Shown: piece after piece, positions 36,391-44,680 of the stretch
Layout: every line of letters begins with the position of its first letter
Numbering within the stretch: position 1 is the stretch's first letter
Source of the DNA: Armatimonadota bacterium
GTDB taxonomy: Bacteria > Armatimonadota > UBA5829 > DTLH01
Length of the DNA stretch: 44,680 bases
Direction of reading: 5' to 3'
NCBI GenBank assembly: GCA_038207085.1
Contig: JBBRAE010000024.1
Span: forward strand, 1 to 44,680
Position numbers and translations under genes: made by a program
The notes under the pieces: model-generated
Told to the model about the DNA's origin: nothing
Seen by the model: only the letters and a program-made list of their open reading frames with translations
Databases searched by the model: none

Positions 36391-38322
36391 TCAGCTAGCG
36401 CTCTGCTGGCGGATATAGTTTAGCATTCCACCTGCGAGCATGTTGTCGATCTGCCGCTTGGTAAGATCATGGCGGGCCTGAATCTCTTCTCCGGTTCGCC
36501 TGTTCACCACCGTCACAAACGTCTCGCCTGTCTCGATCGCTTTGCGGGCGTTCGGGATCTCAAGCTCGTCTTCCTGCTTGATCTTGTCATAATCCTCAGG
36601 GTTCGCGAACGTGAGCGGCAGGATACCGAAGTTGATCAGGTTCTCCCTGTGAATTCGGGCGAAGCTCTTGACGATTACTGCTTTGACGCCAAGATACATC
36701 GGCGCAAGCGCCGCGTGCTCTCTTGAAGACCCCTGCCCGTAGTTCTCTCCGCCGATGACGATGCTCTGCCCCGCCTCTCTTGCGCGCGCCGGGAATGTCG
36801 GGTCCACCCCTGCAAAGACAAACTCGGAGATCGCCGGGATGTTGGAGCGAAGCGGCAGCACTTTCGCGCCCGCAGGCATGATGTGGTCGGTCGAGATGTT
36901 GTCCCCGACGACGAGCAGCACCTTGCCGGTGATCGTATCGGCCATCGGAGCGTTCATCGGCAGCGGCTTGATGTTCGGGCCGCGATAGATCTCAACGTCC
37001 GCACCGCCGTTTGGCGGGATGATCATCGTGTCGTCCACGAGGAACTTCTCGGGGTTCTTGATCTCGATCGGCTCGCCGAGCTTGCGCGGGTCGGTCAGCA
37101 CGCCAAATATCGCCGCCGCAGCCGCGACCTCGGGGCCGCAGAGGTAGACGTTGGCGTTTGGTGTGCCGCTTCTGCCCGGGAAGTTGCGGTTAAATGTGCG
37201 AACGGAGACGCCTCCCCACCGAGGGGCATGCCCCATCCCGATACACGGCCCGCAGGCCGATTCAAGCATCCGAACGCCTGAAGCGATCAGGTCGGCAAGC
37301 GCCCCTTCTCTGGCGATCATGGTGTAGACCTGCCGCGAGCCTGGGCTGATCAAAAGGCTCGTCTCAGGATGCACGGTCTTGCCCTTCAGCACCGCCGCAA
37401 CGGTCATCAGCTCCCTGAAGCTTGAGTTTGTGCAGCTTCCTATCGCGACCTGATCGACCTTGATCCCTTCGATGTCTCTCACTTTGACGACGTTATCCGG
37501 GCTGTGCGGCTGAGCGATCAAGGGCTCAAGCTCATCGAGATTGATCTCGACCACTTCGTCGTACTCCGCATCGGGGTCAGCCGCGAACGGCACCCACTGG
37601 TCGCCTCGCCCCTGAGCTTCCATGAACTCCCGAGTGCGTTCGTCGCTTGGGAAGATCGAGGTCGTCGCGCCGAGTTCCGCGCCCATGTTGGTGATCGTAA
37701 AGCGCTCGTCGACCGAGAGGCCGTCGACGCCTGGGCCGCCGTACTCCATAATCTTTCCGACCCCGCCTTTGACGGTGAGGAGCCGCAAAACTTCGAGTAT
37801 CACGTCCTTGCCGCCGACCCATGGCTGAAGTTTCCCGGTAAGCTTGATCAGAACGACTTTGGGCATCCTGGTGTAGTAGGGCTGCCCCGCCATCGCCGCG
37901 GCGACATCAAGCCCGCCCGCGCCGATCGCGATCATCCCGAGCCCACCCGCGGTCGGGGTGTGGGAGTCGGACCCGAGAAGCGTCTGCCCCGGCACTGCGA
38001 AGCGCTCGCGGTGGACCTGGTGACAGATCCCGTTTCCGGGCCTGCTGAAATAGATGCCGTACTTGGCCGCGACTGACTGCAAAAACGTATGATCATCCGC
38101 GTTTTCGAACCCTGTTTGAAGCGTATTGTGGTCGACATAGCTCACGGAGAGCTTGGTCTTGACTCTTGGGACGCCCATCGCCTCAAACTGCAGATACGAC
38201 ATCGTGCCTGTGGCGTCCTGAGTGAGCGTCTGGTCGATCCTGATCGCGATTTCCTTGCCTGCGATCATCTCGCCTATTATCAGATGCTCTTCCAGTATTT
38301 TGCGGGTCAAATTCTTGCCCAT
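36391..38322 (-). CDS. acn: Aconitate hydratase (start trimmed to ATG 38322)
   Basis: QDATGTM, DHN, GICHQ, GSDSHT, IGSCTNS, CGPCIG, TFNRNF, STDHI, YGQGSSREHAAL. Confidence 0.93.
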   Translation of the reverse strand: MGKNLTRKILEEHLIIGEMIAGKEIAIRIDQTLTQDATGTMSYLQFEAMGVPRVKTKLSVSYVDHNTLQTGFENADDHTFLQSVAAKYGIYFSRPGNGICHQVHRERFAVPGQTLLGSDSHTPTAGGLGMIAIGAGGLDVAAAMAGQPYYTRMPKVVLIKLTGKLQPWVGGKDVILEVLRLLTVKGGVGKIMEYGGPGVDGLSVDERFTITNMGAELGATTSIFPSDERTREFMEAQGRGDQWVPFAADPDAEYDEVVEINLDELEPLIAQPHSPDNVVKVRDIEGIKVDQVAIGSCTNSSFRELMTVAAVLKGKTVHPETSLLISPGSRQVYTMIAREGALADLIASGVRMLESACGPCIGMGHAPRWGGVSVRTFNRNFPGRSGTPNANVYLCGPEVAAAAAIFGVLTDPRKLGEPIEIKNPEKFLVDDTMIIPPNGGADVEIYRGPNIKPLPMNAPMADTITGKVLLVVGDNISTDHIMPAGAKVLPLRSNIPAISEFVFAGVDPTFPARAREAGQSIVIGGENYGQGSSREHAALAPMYLGVKAVIVKSFARIHRENLINFGILPLTFANPEDYDKIKQEDELEIPNARKAIETGETFVTVVNRRTGEEIQARHDLTKRQIDNMLAGGMLNYIRQQSAS

Positions 38323-38380
38323 TGGTACCCCCTGAAGGTCTTTATTGCTCAATATTATATTATACCCGTTTTTCGCAGAC

Positions 38381-38555
38381 CTTGCAGGCGGACGTTTTGA
38401 GCGAGAATCCGAGGCAGGGGACGATGGCGGATGTTCGCCCCCTGCCTCCCACTCTTGGCCGGGTGAGCTGCGGACGCCCAGCTGCGTCAAGTGCCGGCAA
38501 GCCACAGCAGGACGCTCGCCGCCCACCCTCGACGCAAGCTTTACCCACACCCGTT
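38381..38555. ncRNA. Candidate structured non-coding RNA (unassigned)
   Basis: Multiple long stems in a non-coding gap; minus-strand TTGATT-N16-TATAAG upstream. Confidence 0.3.
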
Positions 38556-38616
38556 TTCGCTTATACCTCACGTTGGGTAACAATCAACAGATGCGATTAT
38601 TCGATGGAGGATACCA

Positions 38617-39033
38617 ATGGAAGTGATCGGACCGGCAGGCTATGCTATTCGAACCAAGACCAACATGCCCTACGATGAGGCCGTATCCCGCACGCGGGAG
38701 GCGCTAAAGAGCCAGGGCTTCGGAGTGCTCACTGAAATCGACGTAAAGAAAACAATGAAAGAGAAGCTCGACATCGACACGCGCCCCTACATCATCCTCG
38801 GCGCATGCAACCCCACGCTCGCCCACGAGGCGATCAAAGCCGAGCCCGACATCGGCGTGCTTCTCCCCTGCAACGTGGTAGTCTACGAAGATGACGACGG
38901 CGAAACGGTCATAGCCGCGATGAACCCCGAAAACCTGACCGACCAGATCATCAACCCAGACCTTGCCCCGGTCACAACCGAAGTGACGGAGAAACTTCGC
39001 CTGGTGATAGACGACCTGTCGCCAAAGGAATAG
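38617..39033 (+). CDS. DUF302-family protein
   Basis: GFGVLTEID, YIILGACNP, IGVLLPCNVVV; SD GGAGG. Confidence 0.92.
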   Translation: MEVIGPAGYAIRTKTNMPYDEAVSRTREALKSQGFGVLTEIDVKKTMKEKLDIDTRPYIILGACNPTLAHEAIKAEPDIGVLLPCNVVVYEDDDGETVIAAMNPENLTDQIINPDLAPVTTEVTEKLRLVIDDLSPKE

Positions 39034-39063
39034 AGGATAACTACTGTGGATCTGTTGGTCGTC

Positions 39064-39201
39064 TGTTGGTCGGGGGAATCCGTCCCCCGACCCCGTTCCG
39101 CGGATTCTATCCGCCAACCAAATGATCGACCATGCCCAATAAGCGAGCAGGGGGAATGATTCCCCTGAAACAGCGTCGGGGGACAGATTCCCCGGACGAA
39201 C
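39064..39201. repeat. REP family C inverted doublet
   Basis: GTTGGTCGGGGGAATCCGTCCCCCGACC and inverted partner GTCGGGGGACAGATTCCCCGGACGAAC. Confidence 0.7.
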
Positions 39202-39210
39202 TTACTATGG

Positions 39211-41781
39211 CTAATGGCTCTCTTTCCCATTAAACTCCTGCTTGAGGATCGACGCGGCCGCGGTCGGCAGCCTGTTGCCGTTTCGGTCGGAGACGGCGAA
39301 GGTGTCTATCGCCTGATGGCCGAGCGTGGCGATTCGGGCCGATAGGATGTTCCAGTTGAGCTTCGCCATCGCGCGGGTGACGTAGTAGAGCAAGCCGTCC
39401 ACGTCGTCGGCGCGCACTTCAACGATGGAGTGCGTCTCGGAGTGGCGGCCCAGAAGCTGCACGCTCTTTACAGGAACCGCGCTGATCTCTTTGCCGCGCG
39501 CCTGCAAAAGCTCCTCTACCGTGACATCGCCCTTTAGCACCCGAAGAAGCTCGCGCTCGACCTCTTTGCGCTTCATATAAGGAAGCCGGTCGCGCAGGTA
39601 ATCGATCGAAAGCGTGTCGATCGCGATGCTGTCCTCTTCTGTCTTGCGCGTGAAGACCGACGCCGCGTGGACCGTCACGTCAAGGGCGAACAAGACGCCC
39701 GTGATCTTGCTCATAAGCCCCGGGCCCCGGTCGGGCGCGCAGACGGTGAGCTCGGTCACGCGGTCCATCAGGTCCTCATCCATCCGCACGACGGTCTTGC
39801 CCTTGCGGACGGCGATAACCCCTTCGATGTGCTTTGCCATGCGCACAGGCCGGATGTTCAAGAGATATGCCGGCGGCATCACGTTGCAGTGCTCGTGGAC
39901 GATCTCCTCGGGCAGGTTCGCAAGCGTGAGCTCGCGGTGGAGCCTCCTGCGGTAGCGCTCGGCGCGCTCGTTTTCGTCCTGTGTGCGCGGGCCCATGATG
40001 TTGGCCTCGGCGACAAAATATAGCTCCTCAAGGAATCGGCGCTGCATCTCTCCCCACGAGACCTGACCGACCGACACCGCATCGGCGACCGATAGCAGGA
40101 AGAGCATCCTAAGCTGGTGGACATCTCTTATCTTGCCCGTGAAGTCGCAGACGGTCGCGTTTGCGGTCACGTCGCAGCGGCGCGCCGTCTCGCTCATAAG
40201 CTGATGGTTTGCGACCAGGAACTTGATCATTCCAACCGACGACTCAGGGAAGCCGACGCGACGCGCAATCTCCTCGGCGATGATCGCGCCCGACTCCTGG
40301 TGGTTGCCTTTTCCGTCCTTGCCGATGTCGTGCATAATCGCGGCAAAGTAGAGCGCGGCGGGGTCCTTGATCGACCCCCAGATGCCCGAATAGAGCGTGT
40401 CTCGCTCAAGGCGCATCTCCTCAAGACGGCGCAGCACGAGAAGCGAGTGCTCCCCTATCGTAAACTCGTGGACCCGCTCGTCCGGCACCCTATGAAGGAG
40501 CACGCCAAACTCGGGGATAACCTGCTGCACCCCCCCAAGGCTCGCCATATGCGCAAGTGTCGCGTAGACGTTCTCCCCTTCGAGCACGGAGCGAAGTTCC
40601 GCGTAACTCTGCTTGTCGGCGATATCGATAGAGTCCGACTCTATAACGGCGCGAATCTGTTCCTCAAGCTGCGGGCTGAAACCCACCGCGCACTCCTGAG
40701 CGTGCCGAAACGCTCGCATGATCACACCGGGACGGGTGAGCGCGACCGGTTTGTCGCCAAGCGCGAGCATGCCGTTTGTGAGGTAAAATATTCGATCCAA
40801 CGGCAGCCTGCGGCTGCTCAGGACATCGATCAGCGAGTTACATATCCATCTAATTTTCTCGGCGTTCAGGTAGAACCGGTCCATCAGCACAAACTCGTCC
40901 CCGAGTCCAAGAAACTCTGCTACTTCCACCTGACGCTCGACCGAAAGCACGTCAAGCGTGCGCCCGGCTGAAATATGAAGCGCGTTTCGCACCGAGGAGA
41001 TAAAGTCCCGGCACTCCGAAAGCGCGCGCGCATGCGTGGGGGTCATCACCCGCCGCTCCACAAGCTCCCGCCAGACCTCTTCGGTCCCACAGTCAAAGAG
41101 CGCTTGTCCGATCCACCCCGCCACCTGAATGTCCCTGAGCCCTCCTGGCCCACATTTGACATTCGGCTCGACCGCATAAAGCGACGCCGCCTCTACCTGC
41201 TGAGGTTTGGGTCGGCTGCGCGCCTGCTGGATGACATAGTCGGCCTTCAGGGTAGCTCGCAGGTCCCGGGTAAACGTTTCGGCGATCTCGGGGTTCCCCG
41301 CGATCGGGCGCGAGTCAAGAAGCGCGGTCTTGGTGATAAAGTCGAGCGTCTCATAGTCGTCGAGCACCCGGTAGGCATAGCCGATCTTGAGCCCGATGCG
41401 GTCGAGGATCACATCCATCAATATATGAAACGCCTCGCGCACGACGTGGTCTACCGCGGGGTCGTCCTGCACGCTGGAAATGATAGTCACATCGACATCG
41501 GAGTACGGGGCAAGCTCGCGCCTGCCGTAGCCGCCGGTTGCGACCACAACGAGGCTTGAGAGCACCCGTTCCCGCTCCAGCGGATCGGAGACGGTCTCGA
41601 CCGCCGCGCGAAACACCCGCGCCATCCCTGAGTCGATGATGTCCGCGTGCTTGCTCATCAGTTCCAGACCGGGTACCGGTTTGTACTGAGAAAACAGCTC
41701 CTCCCGAGCAGCCGAAAGCCGAGCAGCAAGCCGCTCAGGGAGTGTAATATCTATTGGGTTTTGCGAAATGACTATGTCCAT
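39211..41781 (-). CDS. glnD: P-II uridylyl(adenylyl)transferase/removing enzyme
   Basis: GGYGRRELAPYSDVD, EPNVK..GGLRDI, H..TIGEH and MHDIGK (HD), two ACT domains. Confidence 0.93.
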   Translation of the reverse strand: MDIVISQNPIDITLPERLAARLSAAREELFSQYKPVPGLELMSKHADIIDSGMARVFRAAVETVSDPLERERVLSSLVVVATGGYGRRELAPYSDVDVTIISSVQDDPAVDHVVREAFHILMDVILDRIGLKIGYAYRVLDDYETLDFITKTALLDSRPIAGNPEIAETFTRDLRATLKADYVIQQARSRPKPQQVEAASLYAVEPNVKCGPGGLRDIQVAGWIGQALFDCGTEEVWRELVERRVMTPTHARALSECRDFISSVRNALHISAGRTLDVLSVERQVEVAEFLGLGDEFVLMDRFYLNAEKIRWICNSLIDVLSSRRLPLDRIFYLTNGMLALGDKPVALTRPGVIMRAFRHAQECAVGFSPQLEEQIRAVIESDSIDIADKQSYAELRSVLEGENVYATLAHMASLGGVQQVIPEFGVLLHRVPDERVHEFTIGEHSLLVLRRLEEMRLERDTLYSGIWGSIKDPAALYFAAIMHDIGKDGKGNHQESGAIIAEEIARRVGFPESSVGMIKFLVANHQLMSETARRCDVTANATVCDFTGKIRDVHQLRMLFLLSVADAVSVGQVSWGEMQRRFLEELYFVAEANIMGPRTQDENERAERYRRRLHRELTLANLPEEIVHEHCNVMPPAYLLNIRPVRMAKHIEGVIAVRKGKTVVRMDEDLMDRVTELTVCAPDRGPGLMSKITGVLFALDVTVHAASVFTRKTEEDSIAIDTLSIDYLRDRLPYMKRKEVERELLRVLKGDVTVEELLQARGKEISAVPVKSVQLLGRHSETHSIVEVRADDVDGLLYYVTRAMAKLNWNILSARIATLGHQAIDTFAVSDRNGNRLPTAAASILKQEFNGKESH

Positions 41782-41876
41782 AGTGCGCTTCTACTATCTC
41801 CGGCGTACGAGACTCATACTAATTGTTAAGTGATAACTTGCCTAATTTCACCTATACATACTAGTCTCCAATTGTT

Positions 41877-41892
41877 TCGGCAATATTTCCGA
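41877..41892. promoter_or_regulatory. Near-palindrome in the glnD/amtB divergent promoter
   Basis: TCGGCAATATTTCCGA (one mismatched pair). Confidence 0.4.
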
Positions 41893-42028
41893 GCTATTAA
41901 CTATTCGTTTCTATGCTTCGGTCGTGCGTTTTAATTGCTACGAAATCATACCGTAACAATAGCTGTCTAACATGAGAGTAACCGCAGGCCCTACTACTCC
42001 TGCGGACTCGTACGGAGGTGGACAAATA

Positions 42029-43348
42029 ATGAGATTTGGGTTTACACTCAGGAAAGTAAGAGCGCTTGCCGTTGCCGCGCTCGGCACACTTGCATTGTCC
42101 GGGGCCGCCCACGCCCAGGGCGCATCGGAAATAAGCTCGGGAGACACCGCGTGGGTGCTCGCATCGGCGGCGCTGGTCATGCTGATGACCCCCGCGCTCG
42201 GGCTCTTCTACGCAGGAATGGTCCGCAAGAAAAACGCGCTTGCGACGATACTTCAAAGCTTTATCATGGTCGGCGTGATCGGCGTGCAGTGGATCCTCTA
42301 CGGTTACAGCCTGGCATTCAGCCCCGGCAACGCCTTTATCGGCGGGCTCTCATGGATTGGGCTAAAGGGCGTCGGACAGACCCCCGGCCCCTACGCCGCG
42401 ACGATTCCTCACCTTGCATTTATGATGTTTCAGGGGATGTTCGCGATCATCACCCCTGCGCTGATCTCCGGCGCGGTCGCCGAAAGAATGCGCTTCAAGA
42501 GCTATCTCATCTTTATGGTCCTTTGGGCGACGCTCGTATATGACCCGGTCGCTCACTGGGTGTGGTCGCTCGACGGCTGGCTCTTCAAGAAGGGCGCGCT
42601 CGACTTTGCGGGCGGCACCGTAGTACACATCTGCTCAGGCGTCGCCGCTCTTTGCTGCGCTCTTATGCTCGGCAAGAGGAAGGGCTACGGCAGGGAAGAG
42701 TTTATTCCCCACGGCACATGGATGACGGTCGTTGGCGCGGCGCTGCTTTGGTTTGGATGGTTCGGTTTCAACGCCGGAAGTGCGCTTGGCGCAAACGGGC
42801 TCGCCGCAAATGCATTCGTTGTAACAAACACTGCAGCGGCGACTGCAGCGATGTCCTGGATGTTCATCGAGTGGCTCCACCGTGGCAAACCGACCGCTCT
42901 TGGCGCTGCCTCTGGCGCAGTTGCGGGGCTTGTCGCAATCACACCGGCTTCGGGGTTTGTCGGCCCGATGGCCTCAATTGCGATCGGTTTTGCGGTCGGG
43001 ATCATCTGCTACTTTGCAATTCTCCTTAAGCACAAGCTTAAGTATGACGATTCACTCGACGTCTTCGGCGTCCACGGCATTGGCGGAATGTTCGGCGCGC
43101 TTGCGACCGGGCTTTTCGCAAGCAGCGCGATCAACTCAGTGGTCAAGGAGCAAGGGCTATTTCTTGGAGGCGGGGCGTTGCTTGGCAAGCAGATTATTGC
43201 TATACTTGCAGTGTTCGTTTACTCCTTTGTGGTGACTGCGGTCCTCTTGAAGATCGTCGGGTTCATCTCCCCGCTCCGTGTAGAAAAGGGTGATGAAGAG
43301 ATGGGTCTTGACCTGAGCCAGCACGGTGAAGTAGCCTATAATCTGTAA
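42029..43348 (+). CDS. amtB: Ammonium transporter (start trimmed to ATG 42029)
   Basis: GDTAW, FQGMFAIIT, DFAGGTVVH, WFGWFGFN, DDSLDVFGVHG; SD GGAGGT. Confidence 0.97.
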   Translation: MRFGFTLRKVRALAVAALGTLALSGAAHAQGASEISSGDTAWVLASAALVMLMTPALGLFYAGMVRKKNALATILQSFIMVGVIGVQWILYGYSLAFSPGNAFIGGLSWIGLKGVGQTPGPYAATIPHLAFMMFQGMFAIITPALISGAVAERMRFKSYLIFMVLWATLVYDPVAHWVWSLDGWLFKKGALDFAGGTVVHICSGVAALCCALMLGKRKGYGREEFIPHGTWMTVVGAALLWFGWFGFNAGSALGANGLAANAFVVTNTAAATAAMSWMFIEWLHRGKPTALGAASGAVAGLVAITPASGFVGPMASIAIGFAVGIICYFAILLKHKLKYDDSLDVFGVHGIGGMFGALATGLFASSAINSVVKEQGLFLGGGALLGKQIIAILAVFVYSFVVTAVLLKIVGFISPLRVEKGDEEMGLDLSQHGEVAYNL

Positions 43349-43399
43349 GGGCGTTACGCTCTCCCGTGGAAAACACCGCGGGATTGAAGGAGAAGTCAG

Positions 43400-43741
43400 A
43401 TGATCAAAATAGAAGCAATCATTCGTCCGAGCAAGCTCGACGAGGTTAAGGCCGCCCTGGATGACATGGGCGTCGCCGGAATGACAGTGACCCATGTGAT
43501 GGGCTGCGGCAAGCAGAGAGGCCGAACCCAGTACTACCGTGGTCAAGAGTACACCGTGAACCTGCTTGATAAGGTCAAGCTTGAGGTAGTAGTACCAAAG
43601 GATGAGGCCGACCAGGTAGTTGAGTCTATCGCAAAGAACGCATCGACCGGCGAAATCGGAGATGGAAAAATATTCCTCTATGAAGTCGCTGGCGCGATAA
43701 GAATTCGTACGAAAGAGCAGGGAGAGGCTGCACTGCGATAG
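43400..43741 (+). CDS. glnK: Nitrogen regulatory protein P-II
   Basis: IEAIIRP.KL, GKQRG..YRGQEY (T-loop Tyr), TGEIGDGKIF; downstream of amtB. Confidence 0.93.
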   Translation: MIKIEAIIRPSKLDEVKAALDDMGVAGMTVTHVMGCGKQRGRTQYYRGQEYTVNLLDKVKLEVVVPKDEADQVVESIAKNASTGEIGDGKIFLYEVAGAIRIRTKEQGEAALR

Positions 43742-43945
43742 TTTTGTGATATAATGGATGTGGAGAGAGCCCCCGGAGCGTCGGATCCCCCTCACCAACG
43801 CTCCACTCTCTCCACTTATTTAAGCTCTTCTTCAGATTTACCACCACCCCTTTTCCACATTACCTTGCCATCGTTTTGACCTACGCCTTCTCCGGGTAAT
43901 TCATTTATAGACCTTCGGGACTTTGTAACGAAGGAGGGGTTAAAT

Positions 43946-44197
43946 ATGAAAAACGAGCTTCGCGTCATCGACGAGGAGGCGAATATTCTTATAGGCCGAA
44001 CTGACACCGAGGAGTTCCCGCTTCCGGTTGCAGAGGAGTGGGATACCCAGGTGTCAAAGGCTAACAAGGCGGCTGAGGTCATCGACAAGCATCTCGACTT
44101 CGAAGAGGGCTTCCAGGGCATGGAGATGCGGCCACTAAGGCTATGCCCGGAACAAAGGGTAAGTATGATGACCGACCTCGCCTCAGTGACACAGTAA
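43946..44197 (+). CDS. Small acidic hypothetical protein
   Basis: Strong SD AAGGAGG; hairpin follows stop. Confidence 0.6.
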   Translation: MKNELRVIDEEANILIGRTDTEEFPLPVAEEWDTQVSKANKAAEVIDKHLDFEEGFQGMEMRPLRLCPEQRVSMMTDLASVTQ

Positions 44198-44261
44198 CTT
44201 AGCCGGGGCCGACAGACAAAGTTTCGGCCCCGGATCAGCAATATCTTCAGGAATCTTTTCA

Positions 44262-44546
44262 ATGGACATTACATGTAACGTCGGTGGTTCCGACAGAACA
44301 GCTAGAATAGGGCTCGGCGCAGCGCTCATCGCCCTTGGGCTTTTCGCTCCGATATCAAAGCCCCTAAAACTCGCCGCATCCATCGCAGGCGTGCTGGGCC
44401 TCGCGACGGGAATCACCCGCCACTGCCCCGCAAGTAGCGCGCTTGGCCGCAACACCTGCGACTTGGACGAAGTGGCCCGGCAAAAATCGATCAAAGAAGC
44501 CAAATCCCGCGGAACCCGAATCGTCGAGTTCGTGATGCAGCCCTGA
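44262..44546 (+). CDS. DUF2892 (YgaP-like) membrane protein
   Basis: CNVGGSDR.ARI..G, LATG..RHCP...LG.NTC. Confidence 0.88.
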   Translation: MDITCNVGGSDRTARIGLGAALIALGLFAPISKPLKLAASIAGVLGLATGITRHCPASSALGRNTCDLDEVARQKSIKEAKSRGTRIVEFVMQP

Positions 44547-44680
44547 ACGGCGCACGCACGTCAACACCCTGCCCGCCCTGCATTCATTGACCAGGGCGAA
44601 CGCATCTTAGCTGTTGGGCAGCACCGAACGCCCGTAGTGGCGGGTCGCCGCGCCCGCCATCAGCACCAAAGGTGCTGCGC

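Noticed and set aside
38381..38555. T-box, SRP or 6S RNA assignment
   Set aside because: No GGTGGNACC T-box or SRP GGAA-loop motif, and 6S-like pairing is ambiguous. Kept only as an unassigned candidate.
41900..42028. Glutamine (glnA-type) riboswitch before amtB
   Set aside because: Only one hairpin is evident and the conserved three-way-junction elements could not be identified.

Overview
GC-rich chromosomal window from a diderm bacterium. PEP-CTERM proteins, sigma54 promoters and an outer-membrane barrel alongside Terrabacteria-like housekeeping genes suggest Armatimonadota, but this is inference only. Housekeeping genes are psuG, tkt, aconitase, glnD/amtB/P-II, NamZ-like and rhomboid genes. 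There are also a HigBA-type TA pair, a four-gene phosphorelay and two c-di-GMP proteins. The standout is a ~9.4 kb minus-strand module (5816-15246) of intact phage HEAD genes: TerS, TerL, DUF935/Mu-gp29 portal, protease-scaffold, decoration protein, Mu-gpT-type major capsid, adaptor and closure. These run straight into a lysis cassette (XhlA-like, holin, M23 peptidase). No tail, replication, integrase/transposase or repressor genes are present. Every larger intergenic gap in the module holds host REP/MITE/heptamer repeats, and a host PocR-GGDEF gene is inserted antisense in its middle. This fits a domesticated, head-only (GTA-like or tail-borrowing) DNA-packaging system better than a prophage. 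Also seen: a TA-flanked 75-bp MITE (4 copies), a second MITE bracketing a pilin gene, apparent filled and empty sites of a heptamer-armed four-helix-bundle cassette, and several predicted pseudo-enzymes. Family names come from motif recognition by eye, not database searches.
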